A stretch of 64,000 bases of DNA from Laetmonice hystrix (lineage: Eukaryota). This document shows positions 11,396 through 25,901 of the stretch, piece after piece. Position 1 is the stretch's first letter; each line of letters begins with the position of its first letter. The DNA is taken from contig OZ249439.1 in assembly GCA_965235115.1 (NCBI GenBank), forward strand, positions 12,400,001-12,464,000. Direction: 5' to 3'. The translations under genes were made by a program, and so were the position numbers. The notes under the pieces are model-generated. The model saw nothing but the letters and a program-made list of their open reading frames with translations. It ran no database searches and was not told where the DNA came from.

Positions 11396-11577
11396 CCTAC
11401 GCTAGTTGGGGACCAAAGCGTCGCTTAACCTATTAAATGTTGAGTCGGCCTTTGTTTTCGTTCTTTCCTCTCAATTTTCTTCCGTTAGAGTTCGGTTAGA
11501 GTTAGGGATAGGGATAGCTACTTTACCAAACTTGTCATATGCAAATGAACTCCGCTTTGGTCCCGAACTAACGTAGG
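11396..11577. mobile_element. MITE-like remnant with 25 bp imperfect inverted arms and internal degenerate GTTAGGG-like repeats
   Basis: CCTACGCTAGTTGGGGACCAAAGCG (11396-11420) is the reverse complement of CGCTTTGGTCCCGAACTAACGTAGG (11553-11577) with 2 mismatches. GTTAGAGTTCGGTTAGAGTTAGGGATAGGG lies inside. True termini and TSD are not resolved. Confidence 0.5.
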
Positions 11578-12693
11578 GGAAGAAAAATTCGCGTCTGGGT
11601 CAGTGGCTCAACTGATCCGTACCTGTTGCCTCCAAGCTATTGTCAGAACTGCCGTCAACTAAAGAATTACAGCACTGAGGCACAGACAGCCTTGTGTCCC
11701 GTTAAATGTCTCCCTACAGTTGATGGTTTCCAATACAAAACATTTTCCTACAGAGGTGGTAGTTTGGTGCACGATCTCACATCGCACATGGTTCGTGTTA
11801 CGACTGCCTCCAAATGACCTCAAGAGTAATTTGTATAATTAATGGTAATGACGCCTGACTTACAGCACCGTTTAGGGACATTTTGCTTGTGGTGACAGTG
11901 AAGTAAAGTCATTATGATCATAACAATAACCAGATACTGTATATCCTCAAGCTATTGACATTTCGGAATAGATGACTGTAGAAACGCGGGTAACATCAGA
12001 ACACCCAATCCTGCACAGCCTTGAAAACATTCATGTTATCTACTAAACCTTTACCTTGTCACCAGTAACTCTTCCTCCTTCAATGACCACTTGTATTCAA
12101 GTGTATTTCGATGTACCGCTTTGAGATAGCCATGAATAAGAAAGGATCCCATCCAACCGTACCAAAGTTACGGGTAATACATTCAAAGCTATACTCCTGG
12201 GACCGTTCACAACATCTTTAAAAGCCAATAAACCCCCACTGACGCCAACTCAGGTACTTCATCTCAGAATATATTGGCCCAAATGTAAAATTGAATTGCC
12301 TGCCATAAATCTAGCCGGAATGCGGAACTGTGATCGGCCATTTAGTTGGTTGTGTGAACGATAATCACCAGGTTATTAACTTGTCTAAATATATTTGTGG
12401 GACAGAATTAACCAGAAACACGTGAGTGGTAAAAATCTGGTCGTTGGTTGGTGTGGATAGGGAAGGTTTAACAAAGCCCAGCCTCTGTCCATCAACAGTG
12501 TGTGAGATACTGGTTGATGAGTGGCACCAACAATTATCGTATCCATCACGGACTTAGTGCTGGTGTAAGTCATCCTGAGCCCGGTCTGATACCTCCTGAC
12601 AATATGCTATCACAGGCAGACTTGGTGGCCCGGTCGTTGTGGAGCTCGGCATACTCCGAGATGAAATCCGACAGGAGGCGCTGGATACAGGCT

Positions 12694-12988
12694 CCCGCTG
12701 TTCTATCAATCCACACAGCCCGACGTCTACATGGGTCTGAACCCTTACCAATCCCGCTGCTCTATCAACCCACACAGCCCGACGTCTACATGGGTCTGAA
12801 CCCTTACCAATCCCGCTGCTCTATCAACCCACACAGCCCGACGTCTACATGGGTCTGAACCCTTACCAATCCCGCTGCTCTATCAACCCACACAGCCCGA
12901 CGTCTACATGGGTCTGAACCCTTACCAATCCCGCTGCTCTATCAACCCACACAGCCCGACGTCTACATGGGTCTGAACCCTTACCAAT
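12694..12988. repeat. Minisatellite, 59 bp x 5
   Basis: Unit AATCCCGCTGCTCTATCAACCCACACAGCCCGACGTCTACATGGGTCTGAACCCTTACC; CGACGTCTAC recurs at 12721, 12780, 12839, 12898 and 12957. Confidence 0.97.
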
Positions 12989-15900
12989 TAACGGGGTCAG
13001 GCCAGCAATCAGACCGTCTATAAACAAAAGGCAGCTGATATTTCACAAACACCACTACTGTGTGGTTCTAGCAACATTTTAACATTTCTTCTACTTATTT
13101 CAATTTTAGTGCAGACCTGCAGGACAATAGATGCAATGTTTTAACACCTTGTTTTGTTGCCGACATGGCATAAATTCCACCTACTCCTTCACACACTCAT
13201 TCATGACTACAATTCTTGCTCTGAATTTACAACTGTTGGGGGCCAAAGTTGTTGCAGAATTTGGAGTTCTCCTCCCCCGCGGTCTTCAGTGAGTGCCATC
13301 TGCAGAGACTCAGGGAAGAGGAGGTCAGATCGCCGTTCTAAGGTTAATATAAACCACCACCATACATGTTGACAGACCTGAGAAAGAGCGTGTCTTAAGT
13401 GAATGGCCATAGACTCAGGAAACCACCACTGAGTACTTAGTTGTCACTCACTGTGGGTTTCAAATAGTTGCGCTTGATGTTTCACAACTGGGCCTCGGCT
13501 CGGTATATGGTTACCCTTCACTCGGCAGGTTTTCTACCCTCTTTGTGTTACATTTAGCTATCTGTTTATATAATGTACGAGATGGTCCTACTTTCAAACT
13601 GTTTGTGTGTACATTATGTTGACAAAGAGCCTTGCGTAAAGTAGTCAAATAAATGACTGATGGCCGTTTGAGACCTTGGTGGGCTAAAGTGGATATATCA
13701 GTCTTTATTCTGAGCTGATTCAAACTTAACTCCTTAAGCAATTTGGAGGGGAAATTCCCTAGAGTGCATTATAACTTTCTTGGCAATCGTCTTCAAGGGG
13801 AAAGAGACATAGTAATATGACCACAAACCCATTTGTCTTTCTGCCCTGAGCAAACTGGGCCCCCAGGTTTCTTGAAAGAAGAAAATTGTTTGTAACGACT
13901 CATGTAATTACATATGAAAAATGCTGCTTTTTGAAAGCTGTCAAGTGGGAGACAATATGGCTTGGCCTGGAGGAGACGAATGTCCACACCAGGCTATTGA
14001 CACTGGCTAATGTACACAGATGGCGGCGAGAGTCCACGCAAAGCCTTCAACTCCCATCTCCAGGCTATACAGGGGTTAACACCGCTGACCCTGAAAGTGT
14101 TGAAGCCATTTTCAAAAGGCTTCACAGCAGCACCGCAGGTAAGAAAAGAATTCCTCCTCCGAATGATACCGCCTGCTGGTCTTCTTATCTCAGGAAGAGA
14201 TACGAATCTCCCGCAATGATAAGGCACTTAGTGTCAATCCCCCAAAAGGAATGGCTACATCCTGTAAAGTTTAGACCCAACCAAAGGAAAACCCTGCTGT
14301 GTATTTAGCTTGGCATAAAACTTACCATTTTGAAGAATCGCCATGGGACTTTCTCAGTTTGTGTGCGTTTCAACCCTGAATGGTCTGACTAGTGATTTCG
14401 GAACAAAGGTGCGTTGAAAGCAGCTAGAACTACGTTTTTGATGAGTAATGGTTGCACACGTATTCAGCACTCTACTCTAGGAGAGGATTTTATATACACA
14501 TTCCTCTTACACCAAAGTAAACAAAGAATATATGAAGGCTATCTCTGGAGAGCTGATACACTTTAACCCCTTCCCGAAATAATCAAGCAATGCCAAAGAT
14601 GCATTATTGACAGAATTGGCAGAGGCCACCCTTTTTTTGCAAACAGAATAACACTGATCTGTTGACCTCTGTGTGTCCTGAAGCATATATCTGCAGAAAC
14701 TTACAATAGGCTTGCACTGATCTGTGACATTCAGGTTGTAAACTCAATTACTATTCTCCACTGCATTTATACCTAACCGGGTGTATCCTTTATAACAGAT
14801 GACACCCAGAGAACAGTCTGAGGATACCACTGTCACTACCGATGGTCAAACTGTGGGCTGGTTCCTTTGGTCTCCTGGCTGTGACCGCTGAGGTCAACCG
14901 CCTCAGGTCGGGGTCAGAAGTCAGCTTCAGTCTGGCGACCACACGACCCCAAAGTATACAGGCAGGGATGCCTTGAAGCCAGGGAAGGGCCTCTGCCGCC
15001 GCCTCTGACAGCAGTGGCCGATGGACGGCTGTGGCTGCCAGCTGGGCGGGCCAGGCCTCCATACGGCCCGCCACCAACACCCAACACGGCTGGCCATGTA
15101 CACCACCTCCCAATTACCTTGGTCAAGGACCATTACTTAACACCTGTCGGCGGGAAATGGACTGGTTAAAATTTACGACAATTTTTGGGCTTGGTTTGGT
15201 AATCGGAGATAAATTTGCCTTCTTGCTAGAAACATATGTGGTTCACTGGTAGCCAAGAGCCTATACCCATTACTTGGAAGTCAGCTATACATCTCAGACA
15301 CCGGCATTTTCAAATATCTACATTACTGAAAAAAAAACATTTATTTGTCTGATGTACATTTTCAAATAAGTAAAATCTATGGGCTGACATCAGACCCCTC
15401 TATACACCGCCCTCGATAGCCCATTTTTAACGTGTTTTGGTGTAGACCCTTACTAACCAAGGGCACATTACCCAGGTGGATTGGCCATATTTAGTGACAC
15501 CCTTCCCGGCGGAGCGTGCCTCACTCACCCCGCACAAGGCCTCACATTGTCCGTAGACCCTCCGAGTTATTTACCCAGCCAGCCTTCCCTGAGTCTCCTC
15601 CCCGCGGTGGGGTTGCGTGGCCCATCACTGCGGCCATGTGGGCGCCACTTGACTTCAGTCGAGGCCCCCACCGACCGCCGCAGATTTCCCTGTTTCTGCC
15701 CAGGGGGCGCGCCGTCAGCACTCTCCCCCACATGGCCTCCTGATTCCATGGACAGGAAAAAAACAACCGTCACTCACTGCTTCCAACTTCCCCACGTGCT
15801 CCCCCAGTCATAACACTGGCTTACATTCAGATGCGCTTGTTTCTGTGCAATTAGCTGACTGTTAACCAGGTAAAAAACTCACGTCTTTGTTCAACCCAGA

Positions 15901-17792
15901 AACGGACCTGACGGGGAACACAACGTCATATTATACATGACTCAGCTGGTGTTGATGGGTCTCTAATTTGCAAGACAACTCGGAGCCAGAGTACTTTCGT
16001 TTCGGAACTCATCATCGATAAAAAAAGCGAACAATGAGATTGTATTGGCACGGTTTCAATGGTACTTCAGTATGTACCGTCTGGAAGCCTTTAGTGTCTT
16101 CATTCCAACCCTAACCATTCCCGGTTCTTACATATGTGAATACTGGGAAAACACATCTGTCCGAGAGATTCTCGTGCCAAAAATGCTTCTATATCACAAA
16201 GAACGGGTACAAATATATCACCGGCTCTTCTGTAACGTAAGCCAAGACATCAAAGAAACTACAAGGTCCGACATTCTGAAACCCGTCATAAATTAACCAT
16301 ACTTATTCAAAAGTAAAGCACTGACATTCGCCAAATTACATGGTATGTGGGCTTAAAAAACGTCCTTTTCCTCACGCAAGGAGCTGAGGCAACTTACAGG
16401 TTTTAAACGTCAAATGTATTTGCGAGTTGTGAACGGTTGACTTCTCCTCCTTGATGTTTGACACGGCCGAGACTGGAAGGCGAGCTGCAGTTATAGTTAT
16501 ATGAATATCGTTGGAAGGGTAAACACCCCAGCGACCAGACGCCGAGTTCTACAAGCCCTGAGGGCGTGTTTACAAGGGCGGTGACTTTCTCGTAGATGAC
16601 ATTTAAAGGGTACCGTTTACCACAAGGTATACTTTGTTCTGAGGACTGCACTATGTCCTTGCGTCTATCTCCTCTTATCTCGGACTGCCGCAGACTGCAG
16701 ACATCTTACCACCTTAGCTGCTGGCCATGTCAGCCTATACGCCGTGATCAGTCACTCGCTGGCCTTCATCCTGTAGTCTCCAGTTTTGGTACTCCAATAC
16801 TCCAATGACACTGAGGTAATGTCATGTCAGCGGTGCACACATTGGTATACAACGACAGGGGGCAGGATGAACTTCACACGTCTTTCTTTAAGGACCAGTC
16901 AGCGGTGTATGGTCGCTGCTACCTCACCTCTCAGTCCACACGATGCAATCCCTGGACCACGAACATTATTTATCGCCCTTCAAATTTGAAAAGAAAATCG
17001 GCCTAAACTGGACATTCTACTTCGGTTTCTTTGGCAAGAAAATGCATGGAAGTTGCGTAGAGAATCTTTCACAGTTTCATATTGCGACCAACGTGTGACA
17101 AATCAGTACTATTAGATTACTGAAATCATATGGATTTCTCTGTTGTCAAATCCGGTTTAAACAAACCGCAAAACAAAATATATTTCGTTTTTATTATAAT
17201 ATATATTTTAGGCCACAATGCAGGCAGAATTTTTCTTAGATTACGACACTATTAGATTTATTTTGTCATAAATCACATAAATCCTACTTAGATACAAAAT
17301 CTACCTCCATTCGATAATCCACATTTATAGCGCAGTCTGGGACTTTGCATCCAATTTGCTATCGGTTGCCTAGCCATACTAAAGCAGACATATATACGTC
17401 TTTGCACGGTGTGGTTTATATAACCTTTGTCAGGAAGGAAAGACAATGGAGGATGGCGGTTACGAGCGCCATGGAGAAGGATGTTAGTCCAAACACACCG
17501 GCAGTCTTCATAATGTCCTGTATAGACAGGGAAGGTCAGTCCTGACGCCATGCTTCCTGTTTCTAACACAACTACACTTCATTATCCAACCTCATGTACA
17601 ACAACCACATAAACCGGTCTACACGGCGCTAACATAGCTGCCCTTAGACTTGGTGCTTATAAACTCATCACATAATCATTTTACAATATAAACCTTCTTC
17701 AATCTATATTATATATTGTTCAGAGTGTAATCATAGACAAAGATGGTTTTTCTATCTTAGTGAAATAGACTAAGTGAGATGAAGAGAGCGTG

Positions 17793-17841
17793 TTGATGGC
17801 ACAGGGAAGTGGCGTGTCTTGATGGCACAGGGAAGTGGCGT
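17793..17841. repeat. Short tandem duplication (23 bp identical, period 26)
   Basis: TTGATGGCACAGGGAAGTGGCGT at 17793 and 17819. Confidence 0.85.
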
Positions 17842-20800
17842 CTATCTCATGGCAAGCCCCAGTGAGGATGAGACAATCCCAGAGACAATGTTATTACGGT
17901 GTCCGGTATAAACCCGGATAGTATAGACAAAAACAGTCAAGGAAATGTTCATATTGCGTGTCTCTACAAATGAATATAATCAAGATAAATATACTGTGCA
18001 TCCTTGACAATAATAGACGAACAAGTATTCATTCGAAAGTCATCAGTTTTTCTAACCTTCGATTCCTTGTCCTTTGTGTTACGTGTCTGAAACATAAGCT
18101 CCTATCATATTTATCATTCAGAATTCTCGTATTAATTCCTGGCATTACTTTAGATGAACTTCCGCCTTCTGCTATGTTGGCAAAAGAAACTCTCTTTGAA
18201 ATCCAATCCTGAAATTCACAGTCTGCTTACTCCCGAAGAAACCTCACGGAATACGGCATCAAATTTGACAGGCTGTTTGCCAGCATTAAAGACTGCCTGT
18301 AGACAGTGTGTTCAACTTTAACGGGTGAACCATGTGGGCGACAATGACAACAGTAGAGTCTGTCAACTGATCCCCGCCCCAATGTCCGCCGCCCAACTCG
18401 GCAAACCCTGCTAGGTATGCCCTCGTGAACCATAACATTTACAGATTTGCTCCAATATTTACCCCGGTTCCGGTGTCACGTAAAGTCCGAGCCCGTAATC
18501 TGCCCGTCCAATCCCTGGCGGGGGCGTGCCTCGCCTTGCTCCTCGTGAAACCGTACACTGTAATGGTCGAGTGTCCGTATCGGGCGCCGTGCTCACTTCC
18601 AACCTCACAGGCTCGGAGACTACTGGCCAGCTGTGGGCCGGCTCCCTCTGACCAACTGCTCTGACCAGGGTGCCAGTATTTGTGCCAAATGTTAATCAGC
18701 CTTTTGTCAAATGACACTCTGTTGGTTGTCAATGTATGCCAATGACGACACCAGAGGTCGACACTAAAGGTGCTTCAGAGGCGAGCAAATCACGGCGAGC
18801 TTGGCGGCGTGGATGTCAAGTTGGCCGGTCAGCTAGCTCCCACGTGTACACTGTCTTGAGCAGGATTCCCGCCGGGAGTTTGATTGCCGCTCCCTACACG
18901 GCGGAGTTCAATTGAATTAGCCTCAGGCAAGACAGCAGTAATTCTCTTTAGCCTGGCACAACAGCCAACAATTCCTCTTCCAGTCTCCCCTTACAATCAC
19001 TGAGAGGAGCAAATACTACAGCATACACAGAGCACGTCCGCTAAGCCAAAACGCTTATTACATCACCTTGAAATGAAATTTCCCTTTCACTGGGAGGTGG
19101 AATGAAGATTTTTAAAGTAATGAGTAAGTGAAGCCGGGTGGACGGGAGGCGGGGTGGCTGGGCCAGCCGCCGCCCGCTGTCTTCATCATGACCCACGTAC
19201 GGAGAGATGAATTGGTCGGGAACAATGTGCCACTGCTGGCAGCCTATTGTCTCCACAATCACACTCCAACCACCGACATCCTTAATACATCAACACATAC
19301 ACAATCCACTCCATGCGCCGCCTGACAAACCATGATGAGAAACTGTCTGAAGGAAATGGAAAGAGAATGAAAAGTCAACAAGGCGACTGGGCCAGGCGCT
19401 GCCCCTGCCCGGCCGGGTGGCAGGAGGAACGTTTGTCAGCAGACAAACAAATGGATGGCTGCTGATATCACCTCGTCACTCTATCTCCTACAATATACGT
19501 CGATGACTTCACGGCATTGTCGGTCCTCATGGCGGTGAATATACTACCCTCATGTCATCTCCACATCATCAAATATTAGGGCATGTCTGTAACTGACAAC
19601 GCTGTCTCTCACTCGACAATGGTGAATGGGTCTGCACGAAGAGAACATGGGCGAGGTTGAACCAGAGCCGTCGGTTTGCTATAACCCTTCGTAATTTACA
19701 TGTAAATGTATTCCAACCATGAAGATACAAGAGTAGTGGTTTCACCAAGAAAACTAGCAAGGTGAGTCTACAAGTATACCTCCCACCACTTCCTGTCACG
19801 TATTGAAGATCTCATTAATTCTAAACTCACCAACCGTCACCCTCGGCGCCGTCGATTGGGAAAACCTATCACTACGCTATCTGAGGGGCTATACACTGGG
19901 CTGAACGTACCAAATCCCTGCAGTTTTGGGATTTTGAAAAAGTCGGGTCACCACTATAAACATGTCGATGCGACCTGATTTTGGGGCTGGCAAGCATGTA
20001 CTTTGGTCATATCCTGGTCCGATTTAACTGGTTCGACGGGCCCCTCCGGCATGGCTCTGTGACGGGGCGTGCATTAACGGTCCAGCCATACCCAGCATAT
20101 ATATGACGAGACCGGACGAGTGGGTCAACCCAACTCCCAACAAAACTATGGCCTCGAGAAATACATAACGCATCTGTGGCAGGAGGAGCTAGCACATGGA
20201 AGAATCCATCTTCTCGGCCACAAGGAGAACACTTGAGATCCAAACGGATGTCAGCGGAATCTGACAGCATGGAAGGGGATCGGTGTGCCCCTTCTATAGA
20301 GCCTCATTATCTGAGGCCAGGGGCGGTGAAACCGATCTGGTCGTCCTTCACTTCATCCATCACCATCGAGGCCACACACCAGAAAACAGGAATTACTGCT
20401 ACCCTCTGGGTACGCTCCATAATAAAAACCAAAGGAGTAAACACTGCGGGCATTACACACAACACACCATCACAACCCAGACATGCAAACTGGTTTTTAT
20501 CAACAACACACTCAAAACAAGGCATTACCCGTGGCTGCAACTTGTTTTCAAATCTGTTATCTAGTAAAAAAAACAATTCGAGACAACAATCTTCTAATTA
20601 TACATTAATTTGTACTTTAACCAAATATTACATATCGAGGATCATTTCAGAGATACGTTTATTAATGTCAATTATGTCTTGCCGTCAGTACAGTCCTATC
20701 TTGTTAGACTACTGTTCGTCACTTAATAGTCACGCATACCAACAGACTGAGTCCTGATTTCAGGAATACTCCAGAAATAAGGACAAAAGAATCGATATAA

Positions 20801-23800
20801 TCGGTTTGGTTTTCTTATAAACTCACTGGAAAAAATATATGTATACAATGTAGTTTGTTCTAAACAACACATCAATACGTCTTTTCGATGAAGGAATACC
20901 TTTTCTCCATGAACAAATGTCCTGCCCACCGTCCAACATTAACAAACTGCTTTATCTAATGCAGTTTCTTCTGTCCGATTCTTCAATTCGCTACACTTTT
21001 AGGCTTGTTAGTCGACATCATTTTGTCATTAGAGCCCATTGAAGTGAGCCTTGCAGGCGACATGTGCAGTCAGTGGGGACCTAGCGGACACAGCGGGGGG
21101 ATGTGGTCTCCAAGGCTTGACCGGGAATCTTTCAATCTTCCCTCCCATCCTTCAAACTGTCTTTCCAATGACAGTGCACTCAATCCCACACACTAAAACA
21201 ATGGATATTTGATCATCACGTTTTGACCTTTCTAGCTTGGCCAGCTCCTGGGAAGAACACTCTGTCTGATAGACATCCATACGTCATCAATCTTCAAAGA
21301 ATAACATTGTTTTTCTCCACCCTACGGATCTGGTTCAAAGACAGATTGGAGATCGGAAATCTTTCATGAAAAGTTTCGTTCCTGATTTTAACATACTGAT
21401 GTGTTTTGAGTGTTTACTCGCACACATACTTTCATTGTTATGCGATCACTGCTTGTGTTGTGTCCCGTTGTTGGTGTGTTTTCTGGATAAAACGACCTTG
21501 CTCTCGCTCCACAGGTTTTACTCTCTGGTTGGTCCCTTGACATTTACTTTTACATTTAAATACCATGCGGCATGCAGTCCTTTATGATGCCAAGTCCTGG
21601 TCAATTTAAATCCGGCACGACTCAAACCCTTTATTACTCCTAATCGGCCATTTTCTACCCTTGGTCAATTACCTCGAAGCGGATGCAAATCATACTTTAG
21701 TATTCGAGGAAATTTAGTCTGACCATAAGTAATACCATTATTTTATACAGGCGGTATTAATAAACGCCATTTGAACCTGACAGATACATGTGATAGCATA
21801 TAAATACTGTGTATACAATTACATCCTCCTTACACGATATCAAGTCCCCGGCTGTAGGGGGAAACCCTTTCAGAGATCTAAAACGATTATGTATGTTCAT
21901 CCTTACAGTATACAAGCCCATCTTGGGATGCCTTGTCACAGCCATAGATAACATCCCATCACCAAGAATTCAGGCTTATCTCCGCCTATCTTACGCTGGC
22001 GTGAGAGCGGCACGCGGCGCGCACTGACCGAGGCCATAAACCGGAGTAATCCTGGGGTGTGTCGGCGGACGGTGCGAGGCTCGGCCCGGGGAGGCCCGTC
22101 CGTCACTGCCGTCAATTGATCGTTCCTTCCGACCCCCACCACCTTCACCAGGCTTTCATCTCTCGGATCCTGTCTCTTTCAAACACTCTCGGCTTTATCA
22201 ACCACGCCATGTTCCCCAGCATCGGGTGGCTCCGCAATGACCAGGTCGCGCAATTAGGACCTGTGTTTTTTGTCAAAGTTCTAAAACTTGCAACAAGTCA
22301 CAAACACGTTAGGACATTTATTCCGAAGTCGACAGGAGCAAGTCACTGCGATGGTATGGGGTGAGGGATCGCGTGGCCAGGTGGCATGGCGGATGCTGGG
22401 AACAGATCCATGTGATGGCTTACGGCACGCTGGAGCCGGTTTATGGGGCTGTCTGGTCTGGGAGCCGGGAGTGACCGCCGCGGCTGGGGTGGGCAAGACG
22501 ACCCGGAAACCGAGAGGGGTTACTGGCCACTCTCAGACAAAGACAGGAGTGACGGATAGTCCTTTTACACTGTTATAGGAAAACAAATGCCCCCATACCA
22601 AGGTCTCTAATCCCTCGGTCCGGAGAGCTCAGGTCTCTACTGACAGGACATATGATATATCATTGCACATAAATCAATTGCCTGTAGCTATGTCATAGAA
22701 AACCCCCTCCCTAACCGTTTACTATTACAATCCTCTACTCTGGTGGAATGCCCAACGTTACTCTATGGGATAGGTGAGCCCGCACTGTGGCAAATAATCT
22801 TTTAACGTGCAGTAACAAAGTTTACACTGTGAATGAAAGCAGATAAAGGCATTTACATATTCATTTCCTATGATAATGGGCACGGCGAAATTGTATCAGC
22901 CGTGCCGGTCGATCTACAATGAATGCATTATGACAGGTCCATTTGGTTTCACCTTTCAGGGACCATTGCCGAACCCACCGCCCCCTCCCAGGTGACCCCG
23001 ACCATCTGGGGTTAGAGCGTTTAACACAATGTGCTGCAAACACATTTGGACGGCAAAATAAAAGTAAGGCGGAAACCTATTGCGAAGTTATAAATGCAAA
23101 GGTTTTTGGACAAAATGAGTGTCGACAATGCCGTTAAGGGGCTTTGGGCCATCGGGTTGGGGGGTGACCGGGGACTGAAGGAGGCACTCAACCAGGCAGG
23201 CCACTGGGCCATGACTAGAAACCCTCAAGTACCCCTTGTCCATATGACCACGTTTAGCAGCCTCTTGAGGACTGAGAAACAGTTATAAACCCAGCACTTG
23301 GACCGTTCCGGCTAGTGTACAAAGTCCGCCGCCTCTCTCAGGTAAAGCCCTCCAGTAATCCCACCTATCAGCTGCTGGGCCTCTTGAGAGAACGACACGC
23401 ATGCGCACATGTTACGAACAGGAACGGTAAAATTAAGAGCGCTGACGCTAAACAGCCAGATAACGAGTCAAAAGGCTTTGTAATGAAATAATGGAAAATG
23501 GAGGCAACAAATAATTGTCAGTTTAATCATCAGTTTATGTCTGAATGTTTAATTTTTGTGTCCCCATGATTAGAACCTACTTCGTCATATAATTCATTAT
23601 CGCATGTCATCCAGTTAATCAAAACATGTTACAACCCAGATGACTGTTGCTGCATAACAGATTTCTTTAGCAAATATTTCAACAAAAAATGTTAATTTTC
23701 ATCAATTCTCTTTATTACTAGAAGAGATCTATCCATCTCAGGAAGAACTATCTTGCCCTGATTTTTATTTAAATATAGACTTTAATAATTAATACACAAC

Positions 23801-25189
23801 TTTAATTACATGTTATCGTAGAAATATATAGAGTTATAGGTTGCAATTTAACACAAGCGCGAATGTAATACAAAGTAAGAATGGTTTTTCGATCTACTGT
23901 ACAGGCTGTGCCACAGAATAACTGACACGCTTCTAGTGAAACATTTTACCCGAGACTGCTGCCGAGAAATACGTGTCACTCAAATGACAACTAATTTCAA
24001 CACGCGGTGGTAATGAAACATTAATTTACCGGTATTCGTTCTCACTTTTTCAAAACAATCCCGAGGCGGTTATTGCACCAACATAGTTCATGCACACTTG
24101 ACGCCCACTGGATCGAGATGATTATTAATGCTGAGGGTAAGCATTTTGTAGTTATACGATCCATAGCTCGTCGTGCACGTGACAAACAGTTGAAGACACT
24201 CTACGTGACGCTGGTCTGAGAGATTCCAGACATGACTGTAGATCCTTTATTTTGTTATATATTAGTATGTGTGTTTTAGTATTGGAATATCTTTCACGGT
24301 TCAATGGTTGTACCAAATACATACAATTAACAACGATTTCGGTTATCTTAATTTTCAGATGCCAACTGCACGCTAAACGTTCTGCCGTACAGTATCATTT
24401 TTCAAGTGTTAAAATGGTATATTTTTTTGTATGAAATTGCAGGACCCCGCATTTGTCACGGCACCCAGCCGTGTGGGACATCCTGGGTAAAGATGTTCAA
24501 TAATTACTGCCAGAATATCCATAACTGTGCTATAACAGCATGGAAATCTCAATCTCTTGCTTTAATACCGTTAGGGGCCTCTTTTAGGGAGATATCCCCC
24601 CTGCTGTAAATAGGCTAACTGGTATGACTGGCATGAATAATTCTTTCAACCTAAGCATGAGGATGAAGTATGGGGCAACATTGAATCAATGTACCGGTAA
24701 TATTTTTCCTACAATCGTCATTTTTTTCTATAAGGTTGCGTCCCATTTCTATTAACTGCAAAAGAAACACATAAAAACAAATAATCGGTTTGCATAATGA
24801 ATACCTCGTGAACGGGCCGTGAATTCCATTTCATTCATAATTACATTACATTTCAGGAAAAGTCGTTCAATTCTGAAACTTCAGCCCCTGACCCTTGTCC
24901 CTGCGCACATTTACCATGTCAGCGTGGTGGGGCATTTAATCCATCTACAGCCAGCCGTGAGCCGGAGACTGAGGAAGTGGCAGTGGAGGACAAAGGGTCG
25001 GGTCTCAGCGTTCACACAACTCTCTCTCTCTCTCTCATCACAGACGTTTGGACCAGGCCGACATCAGGGCCAAGTCACCACGGTTCATGTCCAGCGGACG
25101 CGCACCCTGACTCCATGCGACACGCTCTCAGAGGTGGCCGCCTGGGTCGGGTGTACTAGAAGGTGGTGGGCACCAACGGAAGGTCGATA

Positions 25190-25536
25190 GGACTTCACAG
25201 TGGTCATCAATCTCAGATGGTGCTGGCCTCGAGTTGCAATGCTCGAGTTGAGCACCAATGTATAAGGTGAATACCATCTCCACTTACGTCAGGTGGGCCT
25301 TACCCCACGTGGCCACCGACGTCTGGCGAACCACAACTCTAGCTCCATTCCCTATAGAAGAAGGTGACCACCCATGTCAAGCGAACCTGACCTGTCAGGT
25401 GGCCACCAATGTAGGCAAGACCTTTTTGCCAAATGGTCACCAATGTTAAGTTGCCACCAATGTAAGGTTTCCTACTAATGTCAACGAGACCTTACAGTAA
25501 TGTGGCCACTTCTGTCAGATGCTGGACTTTACTGTA
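25190..25536. mobile_element. Degenerate Tc1/mariner(pogo)-like MITE remnant
   Basis: The right end reads inward as TA|CAGTAAAGTCCAGC, and the interior has repeated (G)CCACCAATGT and GTGGCCAC motifs. No matching left TIR found. Confidence 0.3.
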
Positions 25537-25817
25537 ATGATCTTGCTCTCGTTTAAACGACTCTTGACTTAGTTTCTAACAACGTTTGAGACAAATTTGG
25601 ACGCTGACTTTATACCAACCGTTCCCTTTCAAATTCTTTGACCTGCCCCGGTAGTAATAAGATTCATCATCTATAAGAGTAATAACTTTATCGAAATAGC
25701 TTAACTGAAAACATGAAACTACCTTTTGACATCTAAACAGCGAGAATGGAGAGGGTAACCCAGGGTAATAATGATCCTTTATATACAACAATAATTACGT
25801 CAGCAGAAACCTACCAG

Positions 25818-25901
25818 GGGCCCAGTTGCATGACTGTCCGTTCGTTAATTTCCCCATGTATTTTCGATTGGAATTTTAACGAACGGACAGTCAACTGGCC
25901 C
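25818..25901. repeat. Short inverted repeat / internally deleted MITE
   Basis: Perfect 18 bp arms TGACTGTCCGTTCGTTAA (25831-25848) and TTAACGAACGGACAGTCA (25876-25893), extended imperfectly by GGGCCCAGTTG / CAACTGGCCC. Confidence 0.7.

Noticed and set aside
12502-12858. ORFs over the 59 bp array
   Set aside because: Frame-shifting repeat translation with no protein family signal.
20176-20757. Longest non-cadherin ORF (193 aa)
   Set aside because: GTG start, no recognisable motif, runs into AT-rich sequence; compatible with chance.
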